Assembly (NCBI GenBank): GCA_048320885.1
Contig: JBLWFJ010000001.1
Coordinates: 5,569,697-5,633,696, forward strand
Reading direction: 5' to 3'
Origin: Nannocystaceae bacterium ST9
GTDB taxonomy: Bacteria > Myxococcota_A > Polyangia > Nannocystales > Nannocystaceae
Length of the DNA: 64,000 nucleotides
The translations under genes and the position numbers were made by a program. Below, piece by piece: positions 34,759 to 43,540 of this stretch (its first letter is position 1; each line of letters begins with the position of its first letter). The notes below the pieces were generated by a model, which worked only from the letters and a program-made list of their open reading frames with translations, did not search any database and was not told where the DNA came from.

Positions 34759-36948
34759 ATGTCGGGCCTCGTCCGAACTACCTCGCTCTCGCTCGTCTGC
34801 CTGTTCGCCGCCGCATGCCACCGCGACGGCGCGCCGATCCCCGAGACCCCCGACGGTAGCAAGCCGATCGCCGAGGTCGAAGGCGGCGGGGCCGAGCTCT
34901 CGATCGTCGCGGTGCCGCAGGTGTCGGCCGGCGATCCCTACAACTGGCTCTTCGAACCGGGCGGTCGTCGAATCGCGTCGGCCGAGCTCGGCGAATGCAC
35001 GATCTGGGACGTCGAGAGCGGTCGAACGCTGCGCAGCCTCCCGCTCGATCCGGTCCCGCAGCCCTGCGCCGAGTGGCTGCCGCCGCTCGGAGTCTACGAG
35101 TTCGTCCGCAACGCGGGCTCGGCCGACGGCAAGCTCGACATCGCGGGCACGGACATCGTCGACGCCGAGTCGGGCAACACCCTGCGCAGCCTCGCGTGTC
35201 GGACCTGTGCCGACGCCGACATGTACACGTGGTCGGCGAGCGGTCACCAGCTCGCGTTCTTCTGGATCGAGTCGCGGCGGCTGGAGATCTGGGACGCCGA
35301 CTCGGGCAAGAAGCTGCGCTCGGAGACCCTGCCGGGCTCGGCCGAGATCGAAGATTCGATGCTGACCTGGCCGGCCGTGGGCCCGCTCCTGCTGACGGTC
35401 TCGCTCGGCGATCCGGTCGATTGCGACGAGGACATGGGCCTCGATTGCGACTACGACGAAGAGGGCAACCCGCTGCCGCATCAGGCGAGCGAGCGGCGTG
35501 GCTGGCTGGCGGCCGGCAAAGACTTGGTCGAGCTCGAGCTCGGCATCAATCAGGGCACGGTCGACGAGCTCTCGCTCGATCCCGAGGGCCGCTGGTTGTT
35601 CTGGACCTACTCGTGGGAAGAGCGGCGCGACGGGACCAGCACGATCGTCGAGTTCATCGGGCTCGACGATCGGCCGAGCGGGATGAGCGGCGAACACACC
35701 GAGAGCTACGGCGAGTACGAGGGGTCGATGACCCGCGAGGGCCAGTGGCGGATCGACGGCGCGACCCACTGGGCGGTCACGATCATCGCCGATGGCTACG
35801 AGGGTGGGCTCGAAGCCATCGGTTGGGAGACCACGCTGACTCAGCCGGCGCTCGGCCGGCGCTGGGGCGAGGTCGCCGACGATCCCGGTTGGGAGGCCGA
35901 GGTGGAGGTCGAGCTGTTCGGGTTCGTCGACGGGGCGCTCCGCTTCGGAGGCCAGCTCTGCGAGCGCGAGTCGTGCAAGCCCTTGGGCCCCGAGCTCCCG
36001 CCCGACTGTTTGATGCTCGACATCGGGTCGAACCACGGCAGCGAGCTGCTCGACTGCGGTGGTCGTGTTCACCTGCGCAGTCGGGCAGGGCTGAGCTTGC
36101 TGCCGCTCGACGCCGGCTCGGCGTTCTGGTGGTGGTCGCGCGGCGGCGCGCTGGTCATCGAAGACGGGGCGACCTTCATGGTCCTCGACGCGGCGAGCGG
36201 CAAGGTCGGTCTGCAGCGCAGCGACATCGGCGAGGTCTACGACGGCAAGCTCGGGCCCGAGCTCGATCGTCTGGTGCTGGTCGGCGAGCAGGGCGTCGAG
36301 GTCCTCGATCTGACCAAGCTCGCCGTGATCTGGAAGCAGCCCGACGACGCGCTCGAGTTCGCGTTTTCGCCGACCGGCGATCGTCTGGCCCTGCTCGACG
36401 CCGAGGGGATTCGGGTGATCGAGCTGGCCAGCGGCAAGCAGACCGCCGCCTGGGAGGCGCCGGTCGAGCAGCTCGCGTTTCGCCAGGACGGCGCGGTGAT
36501 CTACGTCGGCGGAGACTACCCCGTGGCCGGCTTCGACGTTGCGAGCGGCGAGCCGGTCAACGATCCGCTCTTGTTCGCGAAGATCCTCGAGGCGGTCGAT
36601 CAGGGCGGCGAGATCGATCCGAGCTGGCGCTGGATCATGCACGACGAGTTCGGCGAGCTGCTGCGCACCGTCGACGGCCGGACGATCGAGTGGTTGGACG
36701 AGGGCGCGTGGCTGCCCGACTCCGGCCAGTACGGCGGCAAGGGTCCGGGTCTCGAGCTGGCCTTCCGGGTCGGCGACGATGCTTGGGGCGTGCCCGAGTT
36801 CGACGCCCAGCAGCTCGCCAAGTGGTTGCAGATCGGCGATCTCGAGCAGGTGTTCCTGTCCGGGCAGGCGATCGCCAAGCCGAAGATCACGGCCGGCGAG
36901 CTGCAGGGCCTGCGCGCGAAGGTGCAAGGCAAGGGCAAGACGCCGTGA
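34759..36948 (+). CDS. Paralogous WD40/PD40-like beta-propeller lipoprotein (729 aa)
   Basis: ORF 34759..36948 (MSGLVRTTSLSLVCLFAAAC); shares C-terminal region with upstream paralog (…IDPSWRW…LRT(I/V)DG…). Confidence 0.75.
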   Translation: MSGLVRTTSLSLVCLFAAACHRDGAPIPETPDGSKPIAEVEGGGAELSIVAVPQVSAGDPYNWLFEPGGRRIASAELGECTIWDVESGRTLRSLPLDPVPQPCAEWLPPLGVYEFVRNAGSADGKLDIAGTDIVDAESGNTLRSLACRTCADADMYTWSASGHQLAFFWIESRRLEIWDADSGKKLRSETLPGSAEIEDSMLTWPAVGPLLLTVSLGDPVDCDEDMGLDCDYDEEGNPLPHQASERRGWLAAGKDLVELELGINQGTVDELSLDPEGRWLFWTYSWEERRDGTSTIVEFIGLDDRPSGMSGEHTESYGEYEGSMTREGQWRIDGATHWAVTIIADGYEGGLEAIGWETTLTQPALGRRWGEVADDPGWEAEVEVELFGFVDGALRFGGQLCERESCKPLGPELPPDCLMLDIGSNHGSELLDCGGRVHLRSRAGLSLLPLDAGSAFWWWSRGGALVIEDGATFMVLDAASGKVGLQRSDIGEVYDGKLGPELDRLVLVGEQGVEVLDLTKLAVIWKQPDDALEFAFSPTGDRLALLDAEGIRVIELASGKQTAAWEAPVEQLAFRQDGAVIYVGGDYPVAGFDVASGEPVNDPLLFAKILEAVDQGGEIDPSWRWIMHDEFGELLRTVDGRTIEWLDEGAWLPDSGQYGGKGPGLELAFRVGDDAWGVPEFDAQQLAKWLQIGDLEQVFLSGQAIAKPKITAGELQGLRAKVQGKGKTP

Positions 36949-38102
36949 AATCGGCGAGCTGGTTGCTCGCATCGCTCGGCGTGCTCGGTGCGGCGCTGAT
37001 GTTCGCCGACGCAGGCTCGGCCACCAGCCCCGCCCGCGCGCCGATGTCCGCGATCGAGTCTGCGAGCAAGTCCGCGACCAAGTCGATCCTGGTCATGCCG
37101 GGCCCTGGCAAGGGCCCGCGCGCCGCCGATCGCCTCGATCGCAACGACGACTGCGTGGCCTGTCACGCCGACGTGGCCAGCGAGTGGTCGCACTCGCTGC
37201 ATCGCCAGTCGTTCGACGATCCGATGGTCCAGGTCGCGCTCGATCGAGAGCACGCGCCCGGGTTCTGCCGATCCTGTCACGCGCCCGAGGCCGACCCTCG
37301 CCACGAGCCCTCGAAGCGGGCGGCCGCGGCCGGGGTCGCGTGCGTCACCTGTCACCTGACCGGTTCGAGCGACGAGGTGCTCGCGTCGCCCAAGTCCGGC
37401 GTCGACGATCGGCTCGTCCCGCACGCGCTGCGCCGCGAGGCCGCGTTCGCGAGCGCCGACGCGTGCGGGGGCTGCCACGAATTCTGGTTCCCCAGCGACG
37501 GCCGAGTCGGGCACGAGCTCAAGATGCAGCGGACGCTCGCCGAGCACGAGCGCTCGGCCTTCGCCGACGAGAGCTGTCAGGACTGCCACATGGTGCCGAT
37601 GCGCTCGGGCGGCCGGGTCCATCGCGGACATCGCTTCACCGTCGCGGGTGAACCGGCCACGCTGCGCGCCGCGGTGACGATCGACGCGTCGCGACCCGAG
37701 CCCGGCCGCGTGGTGCTCTCGCTCTCGCCACGCCTGGTCGGCCACGCGTTCCCGACCGGCGATCTCTTTCGCCGGATCGCCGTCGAGGTCCACGCCGCGG
37801 GCGAGGGCCCGGCCTGGTCCGATCAACGCCTGCTCGCCCGCCACTTCGCCGGTCAGCGAGTCGGCGCGGGCCAGGTCATCAAGATCGAGCGCGACGACGA
37901 TCGGATCGGGATCGGCAGCGGCCCGCGCGTGGTCGAGTTCGAGCTGCCGGCCGAGCTGCACGATCGAGCGATCCGCTGGTCGCTGCATCACGAGCAGGTC
38001 TTGGAAGCTTCGATCGGCGCCGAGCATCGGGCCGAGGTCTGGGATCGCACCGAGTTCGCGAGCGGGACGCTGAGCCCCGCTCAGCCGGCCGGCAGTCGAT
38101 GA
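36945..38102 (+). CDS. Pentaheme c-type cytochrome (5x CxxCH: CVACH, CRSCH, CVTCH, CGGCH, CQDCH) with signal peptide
   Basis: C-terminal real portion of ORF 34995..38102 from GTG 36945 overlapping upstream stop (GTGA); signal VKSASWLLASLGVLGAALMFADA. Confidence 0.8.
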   Translation: MKSASWLLASLGVLGAALMFADAGSATSPARAPMSAIESASKSATKSILVMPGPGKGPRAADRLDRNDDCVACHADVASEWSHSLHRQSFDDPMVQVALDREHAPGFCRSCHAPEADPRHEPSKRAAAAGVACVTCHLTGSSDEVLASPKSGVDDRLVPHALRREAAFASADACGGCHEFWFPSDGRVGHELKMQRTLAEHERSAFADESCQDCHMVPMRSGGRVHRGHRFTVAGEPATLRAAVTIDASRPEPGRVVLSLSPRLVGHAFPTGDLFRRIAVEVHAAGEGPAWSDQRLLARHFAGQRVGAGQVIKIERDDDRIGIGSGPRVVEFELPAELHDRAIRWSLHHEQVLEASIGAEHRAEVWDRTEFASGTLSPAQPAGSR

Positions 38103-39763
38103 ATCCGTAGCCGGCCCGGCTCGAGCACGTGCGGCCCGGCGACGCTGCCGACCACCGACCAGCGCGCGTCCGGGGCTTCGAATGCGGCGATCGGCTCGCC
38201 GGTGCAGGCGATCCACAGGTGGTGGGCGCCCTCGTCGTCGCGGCGCAGGACCACGCCGATCCCCGCGCCACCGACGATCGAATACTCGCCATCGAGCGGC
38301 GTGCGCTCGATCGTGCCGCGTGGATCGACCGAGATCAGCGTCGCGCCGAACATCAGGTGGGCCCAGCCCGCCCGATCGACGAACACCTCGTCGTCGATCG
38401 CTCCTTCGACCCGGGCGATCGGCTTGCCGGTCTCGGGCTCGATCAGCTCGAGCAGACGGTCGCCGCAGATCAGCACGCAGGTCGGTCCGAGCGCGATCAT
38501 CTGCAGGTTCAGCGGCCCGACCAGCCGCCGCCAGGTCTGCCGACCCGCGAGATCGAGCCCGAACGCGTAGCCACCTTCGGCCGCGACGATCCGCTCGCCG
38601 ACCCGCACGTGCGCGTGGCAGCCCAGGTCGAAGCGCCGCTCGAGTCGATCGCCCACGCGCCGCCAGCCCTCGAGTCGCGCGCCGGCCAGCGGCACCGCGA
38701 GCAGGCGCTCGTCGTCGATCGGATCGCAGCTGCGCGCGCCGACGATCGCTCGGCTGTGCGCGGCGACCTGCCAGCGATCGTCGAACAGGCTCAGCCCGAT
38801 CAGCTCGCCCGCGTCGTCGACCACGTTCGAGAACAGCCAGCCGCCGGCCATCGCTCGCGGGGCGCAGGGGTAGGGCGAGCGCGGCTCGATCTGCATGGGC
38901 AGCGAGGCCGCGAACTCGAGCCGCTCGTCGCGGAGCTCGACCCGGCGCGGGCCTTCGGGTGTCGGCTCGGGGTCGGGGATCAACAGGCAGTGACCGCGAT
39001 CGAGCGCGAGGCCGAGCAGGCGGGCGCCGGGGCTCAGCGGCAGCGCGAGCATGGTCTCGGGCCGCAGCATCAACAAGCTGGGCGTCGGCCCCTCGATGAA
39101 GAAGAGCAGGCTCTCGGGCTGACTCGCCAGCAGGCGCGGCGGACCAGCGAGTGGGATCTCGACCCCGCCGGGCTCGCTGAAGCGAAGCAGGCTCGCCGGT
39201 TCGCGCAGCGGCGCGATCAGGGCGCCCGGCAATTCGAAGAGCTCGTCGCAGCTCGACATGTCGCGCTGGAGATCGATCATGAACTCGAGCTGCGGCACGA
39301 CGACGCTGCGCTGGGTGGCCGCGAGCTCGTCGATCAGCAGGGCGAGCGCGTCGGTCCAGGTCGAGTCGAGCCGCGCTTGGCCATGCAGCGCGGCGATCCG
39401 CTCGCGATCGTCGTGGCCCGGCGTCAGGGTCCGCAGCAGCCCGACGCGAGCGCTGGCCAGCTCCCAGAGCGGCCCGTGCGGGAGCCCGTGCCCGACCAGC
39501 AACGCGACGACCGAAGCGGGCTCGTGCCCGAGCAGCGCTCGCTCGGCCTCGGCGCTCGGCAGTCGCCACTCGTTCTGATACGAGAAGCGGCTGGTGTCGC
39601 AGACCACCCAAAACCACGCCCCGCAGGCTCGACAGCGCATCCAAAACGAGTCTTCGTAGCCGCCGATCAGCTCGAGCGTCGGCGCCCACAGCAGGTCGCC
39701 GCGGCTGTCGAAGCCGGCGCGGAGCGGATGCGGCGTGGGGCAGGGGCGGGCGGAGCCGGCCAT
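38081..39763 (-). CDS. Hypothetical protein (560 aa) with Cys-rich zinc-ribbon-like N-terminus (MRCRACGAWFWVVCD)
   Basis: ORF 38081..39763; good GC3 codon usage on minus strand; 20 bp downstream of the ASST-like gene (operon); 3' end overlaps cytochrome gene convergently. Confidence 0.7.
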   Translation of the reverse strand: MAGSARPCPTPHPLRAGFDSRGDLLWAPTLELIGGYEDSFWMRCRACGAWFWVVCDTSRFSYQNEWRLPSAEAERALLGHEPASVVALLVGHGLPHGPLWELASARVGLLRTLTPGHDDRERIAALHGQARLDSTWTDALALLIDELAATQRSVVVPQLEFMIDLQRDMSSCDELFELPGALIAPLREPASLLRFSEPGGVEIPLAGPPRLLASQPESLLFFIEGPTPSLLMLRPETMLALPLSPGARLLGLALDRGHCLLIPDPEPTPEGPRRVELRDERLEFAASLPMQIEPRSPYPCAPRAMAGGWLFSNVVDDAGELIGLSLFDDRWQVAAHSRAIVGARSCDPIDDERLLAVPLAGARLEGWRRVGDRLERRFDLGCHAHVRVGERIVAAEGGYAFGLDLAGRQTWRRLVGPLNLQMIALGPTCVLICGDRLLELIEPETGKPIARVEGAIDDEVFVDRAGWAHLMFGATLISVDPRGTIERTPLDGEYSIVGGAGIGVVLRRDDEGAHHLWIACTGEPIAAFEAPDARWSVVGSVAGPHVLEPGRLRIHRLPAG

Positions 39764-39783
39764 CGCGGCCAGGGTACTTTGAT

Positions 39784-41313
39784 TCAGCCTTCACCTGGCA
39801 GCCGCGTCGTCGGGATCGCGCGATAGATGAACTTGCCCTGCTGGGTGGTCAGCGACCAGACCTCCATCGGGCTCGCGTCGAGATCGAGCTCGCGCAGGCG
39901 CGAGAAATTCTTGCCGACCTCGTAGCTCGCGGGATCGGGCTGCAAGGTCGAGTCGAGGACCAGCAGGTTGTCCGTGGGCATTGGCTCGACGTCACCCGCG
40001 ACGCTCGACACGAAGGGCTCGGCATCGTCTTGCCAGACCTGCGCGGCCGTCATCGCGTCGAGGTCGAGCGCGTAGCGGACCACTCGCGCGTGCGCGTCGG
40101 CCAGCGGCACGCCGGATTGCAGGTCGTTGTCATAGATCAGCAGGTCGCCCTCGGGGAGCAGTCGCGGCGAGTGCTGATGGTGAAACCACGCTCCGCGGGT
40201 CAACGCGAAGTCGCCCTCGTCGCCGAGCCGCCAGACGATCTCGCCGCTCGCGTGTTCGATCGCGATCACCCAGTCTTGGTGGCGCATCGAGAGCACGATC
40301 CGATCGTCGGGCGTCTGCAGCATGCCGTTGCCGTGGGTCCAGTCGTAGCCGTAGTTGCCGGTCTCGGGATCGAGGTAGCCCAAACCCTCGCCGAAATCGG
40401 CCTTGCGCCGCTGAGGATCGAGGTGCTCGAAGGCGTCCCAAGTCCAGACCACCTCGCCGCTCGGATCGAATTCGACCAGCAGATCGCCGGCGACCAGCAT
40501 GCTGCCCTCGTCGGGATAGTCGACCTCGAGGAAGCTGTTGCCGAGCGTCAGGAAATTGCCGTTGGCCAGCTCGATCACCTCGTGGTGGAAGGCAGCCAAG
40601 CCCTGATCGGCGGCCGCGAATTGCAGCAGCGGCTGCGCGAGCTCGTCGAGCACGATGATCGTGCCGTCGCGCAGACCGAGCACGGTGCCGTCGTCGCGCA
40701 GCGCGATCCCGGCCCAGATCGCCGTGGCCCCGAGCGCCGCTGGTGGGCCGCCGACGTACCAGCGAGTCACCCCCGCGCCGTCGATCACGAAGATGCCGGT
40801 CGGCGAGAAGAGCGGGGTGTAGGCGTAGTCGAACATGCGATAGCTCGGATCGATCGCGTCGGGCGTCGTGACCTCGAGCGCGAAGTTCGGGCGGAAGCCG
40901 GACAGCGGCGGCAGGGTCGACACGGTCAGCGGGTGCGAATCGCCGCCGACGATCGCCAATGTCATCGGATGCTCGGTCTCGGGTGCGAGCCCACGCACGC
41001 GGAAGCGGTGCGTGCGGCCCTCGTCGCTGATCGTCGGTGCGCCGACGTGGATGCCCGGATCGGTGTCGTGGCTCAGCGTCGATTCGCCCGGAGAGTCGAG
41101 CGTGACTTCGACATCGACGACCATCGGCTGCGTCCGGTAGGTGATCAGCTCGGGATCGCCGAGCAGGCGCGGCGGGCCCTCGCTCGTGTCGCTCGCAGTC
41201 TCGCTGGCGTTGCCATCCTCGCTCGCCTCGTTGCTCGCGGCTCCCGCGGGCTGGTCGACGCAAGCGAGCACGAGTAGGGCCGCGGCGGGCGAGATCGAAG
41301 GGAATCGGTGCAT
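39784..41313 (-). CDS. Arylsulfotransferase (ASST)-like beta-propeller family lipoprotein
   Basis: Real part of ORF 39784..41808 from ATG 41313 (MHRFPSISPAAALLVLAC lipobox; acidic S/E linker); ASST-like motifs (WDAFEHLDP, HGNGMLQT, HHEVIELANGNFL). Confidence 0.7.
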   Translation of the reverse strand: MHRFPSISPAAALLVLACVDQPAGAASNEASEDGNASETASDTSEGPPRLLGDPELITYRTQPMVVDVEVTLDSPGESTLSHDTDPGIHVGAPTISDEGRTHRFRVRGLAPETEHPMTLAIVGGDSHPLTVSTLPPLSGFRPNFALEVTTPDAIDPSYRMFDYAYTPLFSPTGIFVIDGAGVTRWYVGGPPAALGATAIWAGIALRDDGTVLGLRDGTIIVLDELAQPLLQFAAADQGLAAFHHEVIELANGNFLTLGNSFLEVDYPDEGSMLVAGDLLVEFDPSGEVVWTWDAFEHLDPQRRKADFGEGLGYLDPETGNYGYDWTHGNGMLQTPDDRIVLSMRHQDWVIAIEHASGEIVWRLGDEGDFALTRGAWFHHQHSPRLLPEGDLLIYDNDLQSGVPLADAHARVVRYALDLDAMTAAQVWQDDAEPFVSSVAGDVEPMPTDNLLVLDSTLQPDPASYEVGKNFSRLRELDLDASPMEVWSLTTQQGKFIYRAIPTTRLPGEG

Positions 41314-41408
41314 GAGGGCTCCGACTCTCGTTGGCCACGTGCCGGTGGATCCGTCGGATTTTCGGCGCTCGATTGCTCGCGCTCGCTCGCCGGGCAATCC
41401 TGGCGCCG

Positions 41409-42227
41409 ATGGCCGCGCGCGCGTGGTTTCGAGAGCCGCTGATCCACTTCGCGATCCTCGGCGTGATCTTGTTCGGCCTGCATCGCTTGCTCGCACCACC
41501 GCCGAGCTCGACGATCGTCGTCTCGGCCGACACGGTCGAACGCCTGCGCGCCCAGCAGGCCCGCCGACTCGGCCGCGAGCCCGATCCCGCCGAGCTCGAC
41601 GCCGCGATCCAGGCTTGGGCCGACGGCGAGCTGCTCTACCGCGAAGCGATCGCGCTGGGCCTCGACCGCGGCGATCCGATCGTCCGGCGCCGACTCGTCC
41701 AGAAGATGCAGTTCCTGTTCGAAGAGAGCGAGGCCCCGCCCGAGCCGAGCGACGCCGAGCTCGAGGCCTGGATCGCCGAGCACCGCGATCGCTTCGAGCA
41801 CGCCCCACGGGTCGGCTTCACCCACGTGTTCGTGGCCAGCTCCTCGCGGGTCGTGCCCGAGGCCCGCCTGCGCGAGCTCGAGCTCGACCTGCGCGAGGGC
41901 GCCGACCCGGCCACGCTCGGCGAGGCCTTCGTGCTCGGCCAAGTCATGACCGCCAAGTCGGCCGCCGATCTCGATCGGCAATTCGGCAACGAGTTCGGGA
42001 CCGAGCTCATGAAGTTGTCCGACGAAGGCTGGCATCGCCTGCGCTCGATCTACGGCTGGCACCTCGTCCACGTCGACGAGCGCCTGCCTGGTCGCCTGGC
42101 CAGCGTCGACGAAGTCCGCAGCCAGGCCCGCGAGGGCCTGATGCAGCAGGTCCGCGAAGCCCAGCGCGATCGAGCGCTCGCCGATCTGCGCGGCCGCTAC
42201 GAGATCGTCGTCGAGGAGGGCACGTGA
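41409..42227 (+). CDS. Membrane-anchored peptidyl-prolyl isomerase-like (parvulin/SurA-N-like) protein
   Basis: ORF 41331..42227 from ATG 41409 (MAARAWFREPLIHFAILGVILFG TM anchor); family assignment tentative. Confidence 0.55.
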   Translation: MAARAWFREPLIHFAILGVILFGLHRLLAPPPSSTIVVSADTVERLRAQQARRLGREPDPAELDAAIQAWADGELLYREAIALGLDRGDPIVRRRLVQKMQFLFEESEAPPEPSDAELEAWIAEHRDRFEHAPRVGFTHVFVASSSRVVPEARLRELELDLREGADPATLGEAFVLGQVMTAKSAADLDRQFGNEFGTELMKLSDEGWHRLRSIYGWHLVHVDERLPGRLASVDEVRSQAREGLMQQVREAQRDRALADLRGRYEIVVEEGT

Positions 42228-43216
42228 TCTCCCGCGTCCGCGCCCTCGTGCTCGCGCTGGTCGTGGTCTTGCTCGCCACGCCCGCGCTCGCCCACGACTT
42301 TCGCCCGGCGCTGCTGCAGCTGCGCGAGGTCGGGGCCGGGCAGTTCGAGCTGCGCCTGATCAGCCCGAGCAGCAGCAGCAACGGCCCGATCGCCGAGGGC
42401 GAGCTGCGGCCGCTCGTGCCCGACCACTGCGCGCTGACCTGGCGCAGCTCGATCAGCGCCAAGCTCGACTGTGGCGAGCGCGGCCTGGTCGGTCCGCTCG
42501 GCCTCGAGGGCCTCGACGCTCACCCGGTCGACGTCGTCGTCGAGATCCATTGGGCCGACGGCAGCGACCTCTCGGCCGTGCTCGCCCCCGCCGACCCGCC
42601 CCTGTTGATCGGCGGCGTCGACTCGCGCTCGTCCGCCCGGCGCTTCGTCGACTACCTGGTCCTCGGCATCGAGCACATCCTGCTCGGCCTCGATCATCTG
42701 CTCTTCGTGCTCGGCCTGGTCCTGCTCGTCCGCGATCGCAAGACCCTGGTGTGGACGGTCACCGCGTTCACGCTGGCCCACAGCCTCACGCTGGCCGCCA
42801 GCACGCTGGGCCTGTTGACGCTGGCGAGCCCGCCGGTCGAAGCCGGCATCGCCCTGTCGATCCTGCTGCTCGCCCGCGAGCTCATGCTGCCCGAGCCCGA
42901 GCGCGACACACTGACTTGGCGAGCGCCCTGGCTGGTCGCGTTCGGCTTCGGCCTGCTGCACGGCTTCGGCTTCGCGGGAGCCCTCGCGGAGGTCGGCTTG
43001 CCCAGCCAGCACGTACCGCTGGCGCTGCTGGGCTTCAACGTCGGCGTCGAGCTCGGCCAACTCGCGGTCGTCGTGGCCCTGCTGCTGGTCCTCGCGGTCG
43101 GGCAAAAGTACGCGCGAGAACGCGCCACGTGGACGCGGACGGTGGTCTGCTACGCGATGGGGTCGTTGGCGGTGGCCTGGTTGATCGATCGAGTGTCCGC
43201 GTTCGGGTCGACTTGA
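42224..43216 (+). CDS. HupE/UreJ family membrane protein with N-terminal periplasmic domain
   Basis: Real part of ORF 41141..43216 from GTG 42224 overlapping upstream stop (GTGA); HupE/UreJ-like TM core (…LGIEHILLGLDHLLFVLGL…HGFGFAGAL…). Confidence 0.75.
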   Translation: MISRVRALVLALVVVLLATPALAHDFRPALLQLREVGAGQFELRLISPSSSSNGPIAEGELRPLVPDHCALTWRSSISAKLDCGERGLVGPLGLEGLDAHPVDVVVEIHWADGSDLSAVLAPADPPLLIGGVDSRSSARRFVDYLVLGIEHILLGLDHLLFVLGLVLLVRDRKTLVWTVTAFTLAHSLTLAASTLGLLTLASPPVEAGIALSILLLARELMLPEPERDTLTWRAPWLVAFGFGLLHGFGFAGALAEVGLPSQHVPLALLGFNVGVELGQLAVVVALLLVLAVGQKYARERATWTRTVVCYAMGSLAVAWLIDRVSAFGST

Positions 43217-43432
43217 ACGGTCGCTGAAAATTCCACCCGCTCACCTCGCCGGCTCTCACTTCCTCGGTGAGCCTGGACGAGCTCGAGTCATGGGGTCCCT
43301 AGCCCAGTCGTCCGAGTCGCTGGGTCGGTCCTTCTGCTCCATGGGACCGACCCAGCGATGACCTCGGCCATCGATCCCCACGATCAGATCCCCGCGTTCC
43401 CTAGGGGCGGCGGAGTGAACCCTGGCCAATTC

Positions 43433-43497
43433 GAAGGCGCGCGGACGGAATCATGGGACCGGGAGGGCGAGCAGAAGCCCCCGAAGGATCGAGACGA
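43433..43497 (+). promoter_or_regulatory. Copy 2 of the conserved 65-nt element, 44 bp upstream of the VWA/MYXO-CTERM gene start; 'ggcggagtgaa' at 43408-43418
   Basis: Exact match to 20930..20994. Confidence 0.5.
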
Positions 43498-43540
43498 CAC
43501 GAGAATCGAAACATTCGCAACCAACAATCCGAGGATCCAG

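Noticed and set aside
32224-36972. 1582-aa minus ORF across the two beta-propeller lipoprotein genes
   Set aside because: Antisense mirror of well-supported + strand genes (Q/E/L/G/R-rich, no hydrophobic core)
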